Positions 51,062 to 62,118 of a DNA stretch of 64,000 nt are shown here, in pieces. Position 1 is the stretch's first letter. Every line of letters starts with the position of its first letter. The notes under the pieces are model-generated. The model saw only the letters and a program-made list of their open reading frames with translations, was not told the DNA's origin and made no database searches. The position numbers were made by a program, and so were the translations under genes. Source of the DNA: Mobula hypostoma (lineage: Eukaryota); the NCBI RefSeq assembly GCF_963921235.1, contig NC_086100.1, forward strand, positions 53,320,001 through 53,384,000, in the 5' to 3' direction.

Positions 51062-51797
51062 CTGCGAGAGAAAGAATTCCAGTCGGTTGAGATACTATGC
51101 GTATATATTTGTTGCAGAATTCTGCTGATTCCAGTGCCAAAAAGAGTACGTTACCCAGAAAGTACCCTGCTGTTTGTCCAATGGAATTGCAAGTAGAAGC
51201 AAGTCCTACATTTTCTTTTGACAACATAGTTAATGCCCAGCCATCTACTGCTATATCTTGTGTAGCAGCCAGGAATCCAAACATAAAAAAAACAACTGTA
51301 AGCTTAACAATATTGGGGCTAGTATGCTCATCACTTTTCAGTAATTCATCCACTTCATACGACAGAAAAAGCATAAAAACCCCCAGAAAATATTGAGTTG
51401 GCACTAGCCAAGACTTTCTCCGCCCAAAGTTTGGAAGATACATAGCATCCACTAAAGGTGCCCACAGCAGTTTCAGACTGAATGGCCAAAATACGAAGCT
51501 GTAAATAGCTTGGTCTGAATAACTAACATTTTTGCTCTGCAGTATTAATGGAATGCTCCCAGCCAGACCAAGTGGAATTCCCTGCAAGATATAGAGGAAT
51601 AAGAGCAGTAAAACGTTACTGAGATCTTTTTTAAGACCAGAGCTAGATAATCCATTGTCGTAATCTTTCAAAGGGCCCTTTTCATCCATTTCCAAACTAG
51701 TTTCGTAGCTAAGCACGTCATTTTGCATGTGCCAAGCTTCAAGTGGATTTTGAACACGTTGTCTACTGCGTTCTTTGGGTATATCTGAAGAAGACAT
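51062..51797 (-). CDS. SLC33A1: Acetyl-CoA transporter 1, first coding exon
   Basis: ATG 51797 (MSSSDIPK); LLLFLYILQGIPLGLAGSIPLILQ, WPFSLKLLWAPLVD, GRRKSWLVPTQY, AATQDIAVDGWALTML; GTAAAA donor at 51061; an acceptor (tttttag, 51851-53) implies an upstream non-coding exon. Confidence 0.97.
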
Positions 51798-53639
51798 GTC
51801 AGATCTAATATCAGAGCTCAGTTCTTCAATCAACTCGCCACGTTTGGAGCCTAAAAACAGTAGGACGAAAATGGGTGAAATTGGATTTATAACCTTTAAA
51901 CAATAGTTGTCAGTAATGAAATCAAATTTTTACTTAATTATTTTCTTAGATCAGAACCATTTTACATTCATATGCAAAAACATCTTCCAATTTGCTTTTT
52001 GAAAGAGCTACCAAAATCACTCTTTTGCATCCTGCATGTGCAGCTGCGTCAGGAAAATACTTCAGTGTTCTGTGTATACAATTTAATTTTTCTACAATCC
52101 AAGTAATGGCTTCATTCAAATAAACAAAATTTTAGGCTATATTCTAATAATTTCTAAATTGAATTGCATGGAAAGCAAAGAATTATCAAACAAAAACATT
52201 TAAAACCATATTAAACCAATCTCCCACGTGAATAATTTTGAGCCCATGTTAACAAGAAAAAAAAAGATATTTATATAGTCACTCAGACCTTTCAAGAAAA
52301 GAGGTGAGGAAAATAGATATGCAAGTGTCTGGGTTTTGACCAATGCCATCTCTTTTCTCAAGTTTCTGAGTAACAAACAATCACAACTCCAATAAACAAA
52401 ATGTTAAATCGTAATACTTAATCAAGCCATCATGAGCAAAATATTTCTATCTCCTATCCTTCCCAAGATATCACTGATTCTACGCATAGCCCTGCAGATC
52501 ATGGAGCCGTGTGCCTATTCTTCAAGCATGCTTCAACGTTGAGTTTTATATTATTCTAAGTCTAAAGTGTCTGCCTATCAATAGAGAATGACCTGATGTA
52601 GAATCACTACTGGCTGCCTTGCAATTGCTTTGTACCATTTTGCTGGAGAACAGCTACTTCTCCAGCTGCAGGACCAGCATCTGGAGAGCTGAAGACAATG
52701 AAAAAAAAATCTAATGGCAAAGTATGCCAGACAAACTCTACAGCTGCAGAAACATGTCTGAAATCATACTGGAGAGTCAGCAAGCTGCAGTCACCTACAA
52801 AAATTAGCACATCCTGACAGTGGAATCAATATGGGTAAGAGCAAGTGAGTTGCTTCCTCCAAGGACATGGCAAAAATGGACCATCTAAAAATGCCCTGGG
52901 TTATTTCTTACATTTTGGCTCATTTGAAATATACTAAGGACAGAAGAAAAGTGAGGCTCATTATAGATCAGAGGGACAGTCTGCATGTGAAGGCAGAGAA
53001 TATAGGTAACATTTTAAATGAAGTCTTCTGGTGTGTATTAAGGAGAAGAACATGGCTGAAGAATTCATGGAGACAACCTTGCAGAACAGGATATCACAAA
53101 AGGTGGGGTTTTCCAGCTCTTACTTCTTATATTATGTCCAACATGTTTTCCCATTGTATTTTTATGCAATAAAAACTCAAGAAGATATTAGCATCATATG
53201 CAGTACCAGAATTATAATGCAAGCTATTCAATGATTAAATTACTCTTTTGAAAGTCATACAATACCGTCATTACAAAAGTCTTTACATCACTTCAACATA
53301 TGCCTATTAACTATTGCCATGGTTTCAGTAAGGTATATGTAATCAGAGCTAAAACTGTAATTTAGTTTTAAGTTTCAATCATTATGTGATTAAGAAATAT
53401 AGCAACCAAAATGTTATGATTAAATCGCAGAAGCGGTAATTCCCAATTCAACGTAATTAATGCACAGGAAATATTTAGAAGTGCGTACTTTACAGTGAAC
53501 CAGCAACTAGCAAAATAATCGTGACTAAGTAAAATATCGTAAATCAAGACTTTGCCGACTTGTTTATAACAACCTTTAAACGCAAAAATGTTAAAAATCG
53601 TTGTTTAACGCTCCTGATTCTGTCCCGAGTTTCATTCAT

Positions 53640-54220
53640 AAACATTTGAAACACGGAAGAACCCCCACGTGATCCGGCCAGCCCTCCCCCGATTCCGATA
53701 GCGGGCCTCATTCAAGCATAGGACGCGTGGACTAAAACTAACAACATAAAAACAACCACCTCTTGGTAAAGGCCCAGCCGCCGATTTCCCGGTCCAGTGC
53801 CGCTCGTTCACCAAAAGCGAGGCCGACAAGCTTCAAGCCACCGAAGGCGCAGTGGCTGCCACCCTGCCGAGCGCCAGGACCCCCACTAAGGGCCGCCGAG
53901 TGAACATCGAACACACCACCAGCCTTCCCTGACACTACTCTCAGTTCCTTCCACCCGGCTTGGCTGGACCCGGCGAGCCCGCTTCTTCCCCTCCCACTCG
54001 AGTCGAGGCGCGGCGAGGCGTGGGGACGAGTGACGTGGCAGATCCAGACGGGTTAGACGCCGCACATCCACAGAGGCGACACACGCCATCCTCTCCGCGC
54101 CACTTGCCAGCGTGGTTTTGTCCAGTGGAATGGCCGTGCATGCCGGCTGCACTCTCCCGCCATCCTGCACTGTCCTGAATATTTCCATCGACCTCATCTG
54201 CACCATGCATGCCGTGTCGT
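53640..54220 (-). promoter_or_regulatory. CpG island / SLC33A1 promoter and probable non-coding exon 1
   Basis: GC- and CpG-rich block ~2 kb upstream of the first coding exon; exact exon boundaries not determinable. Confidence 0.8.
54030..54040 (+). promoter_or_regulatory. UPRE / XBP1-ATF6-CREB3-type site
   Basis: GTGACGTGGCA (TGCCACGTCAC on the minus strand) within the CpG island. Confidence 0.6.
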
Positions 54221-54453
54221 CAAAGTTGCTTTTGTGTGAAGGACTTTTTGAGTTTGCTTTTTTTTCCTAGTTTCAAAACTGAACAACTGTCATTGTGATG
54301 TAAATTAACGTTCGAGGTTCACCCTACCCTCCCATTTGGAAGGAATCCTATTCATGGTGAGTCAGCGGTTTTAGAAATGTATATGTCATACCTCCAGGGC
54401 TGTAGTCTCTGGATTGCTGCCTGTGCCAGGTGCCAGTGAAGGTACGAACAGGA

Positions 54454-54660
54454 CAGGGGCTCTTAACCTTTTTTATGCCATGGACCCCTTTGGCAGTTCA
54501 GTGAAGCCTGTGGACCCCCTTCTCAGAATAATGTATTCAAATACACAGAACAAAATACATGGGGTTACAAAAGTGACTAAGCCACAGGTACTGCTAAGAC
54601 TACTGTGGTTTGTTATCCACATTCATAATTCAAGGAAATGCTAAATTTCGTGGACCCCTG
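54454..54660. mobile_element. Short hAT MITE fragment
   Basis: Starts CAGGGGCTCTTAACCTTTTT; internal GGACCCC repeats. Confidence 0.55.
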
Positions 54661-54669
54661 GAGTAGGAT

Positions 54670-56260
54670 AATTTGACAGATGTGGCTTAGGAATTGGTGC
54701 AGGGGACAGGATTTCTGATTTCTGGAGCATTGGGATCTCTTCAGGTGGAAGGTATGACCTGTATGAAAAGGACAGGTTACACCTGAACCTGAAGGGAACC
54801 AACAACCTGCAGGCAGGTTTGCTGGAGCAGTTCGGGAGGGTTTAAACTAATTTTGCGTGGGGGGCGGGGAAGAAGAGAACCAGAACAATAGGACTGTGGA
54901 TGGGACAGTTGATATACAGGAAAGACAAATGATAGGGCAAAATTGATTCAGTGGGATGAGTTGAAGTGTAACATGAGGACAAAATCAAAAAGGATGATGA
55001 ATACAGGACTGAAGGTGTTACATTTGAATGCAAACGGTATATGGAATAAGGTAGATGATGATCTTGTAGCCCAGTTAAAGAAGTTTCAAGAGTAAAAAAG
55101 ATCCTGATGGAAGTTATATACAGGCCTCCAAATAGTAGCCAAGATGTGGGATACAAATTACAATGAGAGAAAGAAAAAAATATGAAAAGTGCAATGTTAC
55201 TATAGTGATGGGGTATTTCAATATGTGGGTAGATTAGGAAAATCGACTTTGTGCTACATCCCAAGAGGTGGAATTTGCAGAATGCCTGTGAGATGGCTTT
55301 TTAGAGCAGCTTGTGGCTGAACACACTAGGGGAAAGGCAATTCTGGATTTGGTGTTGTGTAATGAACAAGACTTGATTAGGGAGCTTAAGTTAAAGGAAC
55401 CCTTATGAGGCGGTGATCTTAACACGAGAGCATTCACTCTGCAGTTTGAGAGGGTGAGATAAAGTTAGATGTATCAGTATTACAGTGGAGTAAAAGGAAT
55501 TATTGGAGTGTATGGGATGTCCAGGGAGGGGTTAGCACCTCTGGTGAAGAGAGTTGTTTCCATTCCAGGGTAGCTCACTCACCTTTGGTCCCCAATGGAC
55601 ACTCAGCTCTCACCTGTAGCTCCAAATAACTGCTTACATGTGAAAGTAGCCACACCCCAGTACATTGCTTTGACAGGCGGGCTAAACCAGGCACGGCCTC
55701 ACACCCCAGTGTCCTACCGTGTAAAGTCAGCTCTGGCAGACTGGTTGGATGAGAGCGCTAGTGAAATGCAATGGCCAGGAAGGTGGTACTGTAATGCTCC
55801 ATGAGAGTGAAGGGCATGACAAGGCACAGAAGATGTCATGGTCATCCAATGTAACCAAAGAAAACTCCAGTTTGTGACACTAGTTTGTACCACTGAACAC
55901 GGACTTCTGACTTTGAGAGAATGGAACTGCCCCGGTGCAACTTTAAAAACTCTCCCATATAGGTTTCCTGTCATCGTTGGACACTGTGGGCAACCATCAA
56001 AGAGAATTACAGGAGGAAGAGAGAGGAGGTGTCCAAGGTCGACAAATCTGTTAGCATTCTTTGAAAGAATAACTGACAGGATAACAATGGAGAGTCATTA
56101 GTTGTTGTTTACTGGATTTTCAGAAGGCTTTTGACAAGGTGCCACACATGAGGCTGCTTAACAAGATAAGAACCCATGGTATTACAGGAAAGATACTGGC
56201 ATGGATAGAAGATTGGTTGACATGCAAAAGGGAAAGAGTGGGAATAAATGGTTGGCTGCT
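54670..56260 (+). mobile_element. CR1 fragments (ORF1 end, endonuclease, RT piece)
   Basis: EHWDLF..YDLYEKDRLHLN, IYRPPN, PTR.KAILDLVL-like and DFQKAFDKVPH motifs. Confidence 0.75.
55503..55998 (+). mobile_element. Non-coding retro-insertion, probably RTE-related SINE/5'UTR derivative
   Basis: Interrupts a CR1; ~11-bp degenerate TSD AAAAGGAATTA / AAAGAGAATTA; family assignment tentative. Confidence 0.45.
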
Positions 56261-56399
56261 ATTTAAACTCAAGCCTAATTACGGGACAATTTACAATGAC
56301 ATCAGAATCGAGTTTAATATCATTGGCATGTGTCATGAAATATGTAGTTTTGTGATACATAATTTAAAAAGCTATGAATTACAAAGAGAAATCTATATA

Positions 56400-57174
56400 C
56401 AGTGGATTCCAGTTCATTGGGACAAGTACATTTTGGCCCAATTAAGCGGCTGCCCCAATTAACCGAAGATTCATGGAAGCAGTTAAAAAAGTTATAAAAA
56501 GACGGAGTGAAAACAAATATTTAAATGAAATACATAATAAATTGGAACACTACCGATAGTACTATGGTGTTATCAAATTGTGTATTAGTTCCTCATAGTT
56601 ATCAATGGAGGAATTCATCCATTATATGCAATGAACAAAATCCATGCAGACACCTCCTGCAGATAATGGACTGCTTTTGATGATATTGAAGATTGCATCC
56701 TCCAAATATTCATTTTCATTATAACATTCAAGATGATTGTCGATATCTTCAAATTCTTCACAAAGCCTAACTTGTTGAAGGAGTGAAATCGTTTCATTTT
56801 CACTCCCTGCCTTTTCTTGGCATCTCCGAGCCTGAATGCTTGAAACCACAGAGGATAAAGCAGCTCTGAATTGTCTTACTGCTTATTTCTCACCAGTTAT
56901 CAGCGACAAAAATCACTGTGTTTTGAAAAAAACACATGCAACAGAAACTATTTTAAAACTGTTTGTTTCAAGCATGGTATAGTGTGTGCAAGTGCACGCT
57001 ACTGACGTGAGTTAGAAACTGTTCGGTCACAGTCTACTGCCGCAATTAAGAGGCATGGTGTCTCAAATAAAGGGAATGCCAGCAATTTTCTTTATTAATT
57101 TTTGTTCTTTAAGAGTTGTCTCAAATAAGCGGCTGCCCCGAGTAACTGATCAAACAATTAACCGGAATCCACTG
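56400..57174. mobile_element. Tigger/pogo-like MITE
   Basis: TIR CAGTGGATTCC(A/G)GTT(C/A)ATTG at both ends, TA target duplication; interrupts a Rex1-type LINE tail. Confidence 0.85.
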
Positions 57175-57890
57175 TATATAAATAAATAAAATTAGAAGAG
57201 CAAAAAAAAGAAAAACAAAGTAGTGAGATAGCATATTCGAGTTCATTTGTCCATTCAGAAATCTGATGGTTTTGGGGAAATAGTTGTTCCTAAAGTAGTG
57301 AGTGTGTTTCTTCAGGCTCCTGTAGCTCCTCCTTGATGGTAGCATTGAGAAGAGGGGCTGTCCTGGGTGATGGGGGTCCTTTAGAGGCATCCCCTTTTGA
57401 AAGTGTCCTTGATGCTGGTGATGCTAGTGCCCACGATGGAGCTAGCTAAGTTCACAACTTTCTGCAGCCTTTTCTGATCCTCTGCAGTGCCCCTCCCCAA
57501 TACCAGACGGTGATGCACAGTGAACATGGTACTTCTGTAGAATTTGCAAGCGTCTTTGGTAACATATAAATTCTCCTCAAACTCCTAATGAAATCTAGCA
57601 ACTGTCATGCTTTCTTTGTATTTGCATCAGTATGTTGGGCCCAGGATAGATCTTCAGAGATGTTGACACCCAGGGACTGGATACTGTTCACCCTTCCCAT
57701 GGCTGATCCTTCGATGAGGATTGGTGTGTGTTCCCTCGACTTACCCTTCCACGATCAATTCCTTGGTCTTACTGACTTTGAGTACAAAGTTGTTGAGTTG
57801 ACACCACTCAACTAGCTGATCTAGCTCACTTCTGTACGCCTCCTTGTCACCATCTGAAATTCTGCCGACAGTGATTTACAGATTGCGTTT
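57175..57890 (-). mobile_element. Rex1/Babar-type LINE 3' fragment (tail continues at ~56300-56399)
   Basis: KDPHHPG..LFS.LPSRRSYRSLK....RN.YFP.TIR.LN. Confidence 0.75.
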
Positions 57891-58066
57891 GAACTGGCAT
57901 CCACCACTTCTGCTTGGAGGTTGTAGTACTTTAGTATACAGAATTAACCATACTTCAAGTATTGACTGTTTTATCTCCATGCTTAATCATTCGGTTTCCT
58001 TCGTGTAAGTCTTTATGTCTTTGCAAAGTACAAAACCTTGGTTTACTCTGTCTTTATATTAACAGC

Positions 58067-58737
58067 TGTAGTGTTGTCGTGCAGTGTGTTGACACTCTGA
58101 CTAAACACCAAGTTAAACCAGAGCCAATGAAGACAGAGTCGTAGTAAGGTTAACCATTTACTGTTCACTCTTCCACATTAACATCGTATGGTGAAAACTG
58201 TTGATAAAAAACTACAAACATATACAGCGTCTGTTTCATTCTGGAGACCACGCATGCTCTCTTCTTTTAGCGAGTGTCTCCAGCCGCCCCGAGTAGCGGG
58301 TGAGGGGATCGGGTCAAACTACCATCGGGCTCGAGCCGACCCCACGTTTGAAATTGAAAAGCCGGCAGGCGTGCCGCCCCAACCACCGCTTCCTTAACAG
58401 AAACCGTGTCAATATTTTTACTTCAAATACATTCTTATGAACTTACGGCATTGCTTCTATAATGTTTCTTTGTGGGTAGGAACGGAGCTCTTCACGATCA
58501 AGCTGCACGCATGGCACCCACCTTCACACCTTCTCCGAACCAGAGTTACACACAAGACGTGGCAAAGCCGGAGGTGACGTCATCGCATGCCGCGATATAC
58601 TGTAGACAATGAATTTACCTTTGTTATACTGTAAATGAATTATAAACCTTTAACTTTAACTAGAAAATAGTTACAAATAAATCATTTAAAACGTAGACCC
58701 AACAAAGTCAAATAAATGTCTTAAGGGCAACACAACA
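58067..58737 (-). mobile_element. Probable solo LTR
   Basis: Imperfect inverted termini TGTAGTGTTG / CAACACAACA; ACAGC on both flanks (5-bp TSD if the end is 58734); CpG-richer than its surroundings; no ORF. Confidence 0.55.
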
Positions 58738-59484
58738 GCTTTTGCTGCTCTTTAGATCTCTTCCCATATCTAATTCTAATCGTCTAACATCCATCTTTGA
58801 AAATCTAGCAGCTGTCATCATGGTACATTTTTGTGTTAATTCCCTCATTAATAATCATTGTTGCTTAAGATCCCATTCTCAGTAGATTCAAACAGATTCA
58901 GGTAATACCTTAAAACACAGGAACAGTATTAGGCCATTTGGCCATCAAGTCTGTTTTGCCATTCAATGTGGTATCCCTCTCAAATACTTTCACCTGTCTT
59001 CTCCCCCGACTATATGCAATGACTTGGCCACCACAGCTGTCTGTCAAAGTCCACAGGTCTACTTTTATAAAATCCCTTCCTAACTATGAGGATATGAGTA
59101 CATCTCTTGCAGTGGCTTGGTGCCTCTCCTTCACACTATCATCTTTTCCCTATCATTGTACTCTCATGTTTAGCTTTCCAACATTTTTCAAATAGCAAAA
59201 AAATGCATATTGTGGAAATATTAAATAAAAACAAAAAAAAAAGCTTGAAATACTCACAAGCCGGGAAGCATCAGTAGAACGAGAAAATTAACCAATGTTT
59301 CAGATTTCACTTTCCAACAGAGTTGCGAAAATTTAAAAATCAAACTTATGCAGATTGCAGGGGAGGAGGAAATATGAAATGAACAGTAGGAATGGTGTGA
59401 TAGGGTGGAAACAAATACTATCCTCTCTTATCAGATTCCTTCCTCTCCAGCCCTTCACCTTTCCTATCGACTTGGCTTCAGGTA

Positions 59485-60637
59485 AGACCATAAGGTATAG
59501 AAGCAGAACTTGGCCATTAGCCCATCAAGTCTGCTCTGCCGTTTCATCATGGCTGATCCAATTTTCCTCTCAGCCCCAATCTTCTGCCTTCTCTCCATTT
59601 CTCTTCATGCCCTGATCAACCAAAAATCTATCAACCTCTTCATTAAATATACATAAAACCTTGGTCTCCACAGCTGCCTGTGGCAAAGAATTCCACAGGT
59701 TCACTTCTCTCTAGCTAAAGAAATTCCTCCTCATCTCCATTCTAAAAGGATGCCGCTCTATTCTGAGGCTGTGTCCTTTGGTCTTAGACTCTCCTACCAT
59801 AGAGTACATCTTCTCCACATCCACTCTGTCGAGGCCTTTCACCATTCGATAGCTTTCAATGAGGTCACCCCTCATTTTTCTGAATTCCATTGAATACAGG
59901 CCCAGAGCAATTAAACGCTCTTCACGTGACAAGCCATTCAATCCTGGAATCATTTTCATGAACCTCCTTTGAACTCTCTCCAGTTGCAGCACATCCGCTC
60001 TCAGGTAAAGGCCCCAAACTGCTTACAATACTCCAAGTGAGGCCTCACTAATGCTTTATAAAGTCTCAACATTACATCCTTGCTTTTATATTCTAGCCCT
60101 CTTGAAATGAATGCTAACATAGCATTTGCCTTCCTCACCACAGACTCGGCCTGTAAATTAACCTTTAGGGAACTCTGCACAAGGACTCCTTTGCAAAGTC
60201 CCTTTGCAGCTCAGGTTTTTGTATTTTCTCTCCATTTAGAAAATAGTTAATCTTTTCATTTCTTCTACCAAAGTACATGACCATATACTTCCTGGCACTG
60301 TATTCCATCTGCCATTCCTTTGCCCATTCTCCTAATCTATCTAAGTCTTTCTGTAGCCTCTCTACTTCCTCAAAACTACCTGCCTCTCCACCTATCTTCA
60401 TATTGCCTGCAAACTTTGCCACAAAGCCATCAATTCCATCAGCCAATCATGAACATATAATGTAAAGAGAATCAGTCCCAACAGAGACCCCTGTGGAACA
60501 CCACTAATCACTTGACAGCCAACCAGAAGAGGCTCCCTTTATTCCCAGTCTTTGTCTCCTGTCAATCAGCCACTGGTTTATCCATGCTAGAATCTTTCCT
60601 GTAATATCATGGGCTTGCTAGCACCTTGTCAAAGGCT
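59485..60637 (-). mobile_element. CR1 LINE RT/3' fragment
   Basis: VAKFAGNMKI, LQKDLDRLGEWA, ERVQRRF, RGDLIE, KGHSLRI. Confidence 0.88.
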
Positions 60638-60886
60638 TTATTTTCCAGTCCTGATAAAGAGCCTCGGCCTGAGACATCGACTGTTTATTCATTTCCATGG
60701 ATACTGCCTGACCTGCTGAGTTCTGTCAGCATTTTGTGTGTGTTGCTCTGGATTTCCAGCAGCTGCAGAATTTATCGTGTTTAATCTTTGTCACTTCCTG
60801 TTTTATTCATATTTTATTTACACTTCTTCCAGACATCAATGACGATTAACAAATGTTCACTACTATCTCAAAATTTGCATCACCAT

Positions 60887-61455
60887 TGTTGTGGTGTGGA
60901 TGAAATTACCGGAGAGACAGAGTCGCTGGTAGATACAAAGCAGCTTCTTTATTCAACACAACAAGGTACAGCAGGCATCTTATGGACGGAGGCGCTTTGG
61001 GTAGAAAGGTCTGCTAGCCCAATGTGGGCTCGATATTTATTTGGTAAACAGAAAAGGCAATCGCTATTTACAAAGTTACAGACAATGCTTCCTTTTGTAG
61101 CTACATACAAAACATCACACCTTCTGACTTCATCCTCTCCTCCAGACGCCAGCATGTCTGGATTGGTACTCACAGCCTTTAGGAGTGCAAGTCAAATCCA
61201 CAATACACTTAATTGGTATTGTACATGCTAACATAGAGGACAATTCATATTTATAGAGTATAGATAATACTGTCTTCAAAACTACCTATAAACTTCACAC
61301 TTCCATCCGCAGTGTCTGGCTAGTATTCCGATATTCACAGCTTTCAGGAAATGCATTGTTGTGAACTCAATCCACAGTACTCTGTCAAACAGATGGCTGG
61401 TGGCCAGAGTTACTTAAGTGTAAATGGATCATCTACCCAAAAACTCACGCTAACA
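60887..61455 (-). mobile_element. 3' LTR of an endogenous retrovirus
   Basis: TGTT...AACA termini; polypurine tract AAGAGGAGGAAC immediately upstream (61456-67); AATAAA at 60948-53; TATA-like ATAAATAT at ~61033-40. Confidence 0.85.
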
Positions 61456-62118
61456 GTTCCTCCTCTTGGCCCTCCTGGATAAAAATTAAATTTGCACCAA
61501 GAAAGGCCAACCTAGGAGGATCTGCTCAAATAGGGCAGCAAAAACACCCTGCCTCGAAATTCCCCCCCCCCCAATTTTATGTACCTCGATATCTATCCTA
61601 GCATTCCCTAATCACTACCTACCAAATGTTAAGCAGAGAGGCTGTTCTAAGTCTTTAGAAATGCGGTTCCTTTCGTGTGCCTGTTGGCTCTTTCCCTGCA
61701 GGCTGACTGCACCTTAATCACATTCCTTTGTCTTCAGCCCTTTATCCTCTGGTCACTGAAACTCTCCTTCCTGGAGCACCCACAGGCCTCTCATTGATGT
61801 ACAGGAAGGGGTTGGGGTGGCCTCTATGTAAATATCTGCAAGGACCTCTCCCCGGTGGCATCCCCTTCCGAACTGTCCGGTTGATCCCTGGCTCAACTAC
61901 TGAAAAGGGCCCAGCTCCTTAGACTGGGGGTGACAGCTTTCAGATGCCGTGTGCAGTCTGAAATGCCATCAAAGTGGTGGAACTTGCTGTCTCCGCTTTA
62001 ACTTAAAAATCCCTCCCCATCTATTTCCTGATAATTACTATGCTATAAAATTAATCATCTACCTTCGGCAACCAGCCCGCTGTACAGAGTACCATCATCA
62101 TCACACTTTAGCAGGCTA

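Noticed and set aside
50955-51833. 292-aa single-exon SLC33A1 as called by the ORF track
   Set aside because: Starts at a TTG and reads through the donor at 51061; the true segment is ATG 51797 to 51062.
53632-54210. Short ORFs in the CpG island
   Set aside because: Low-complexity products of GC-rich DNA with no homology cues.
61468-62118. env or accessory gene of the ERV
   Set aside because: Too short and interrupted by stops; no furin site, CX6CC motif or transmembrane segment seen.
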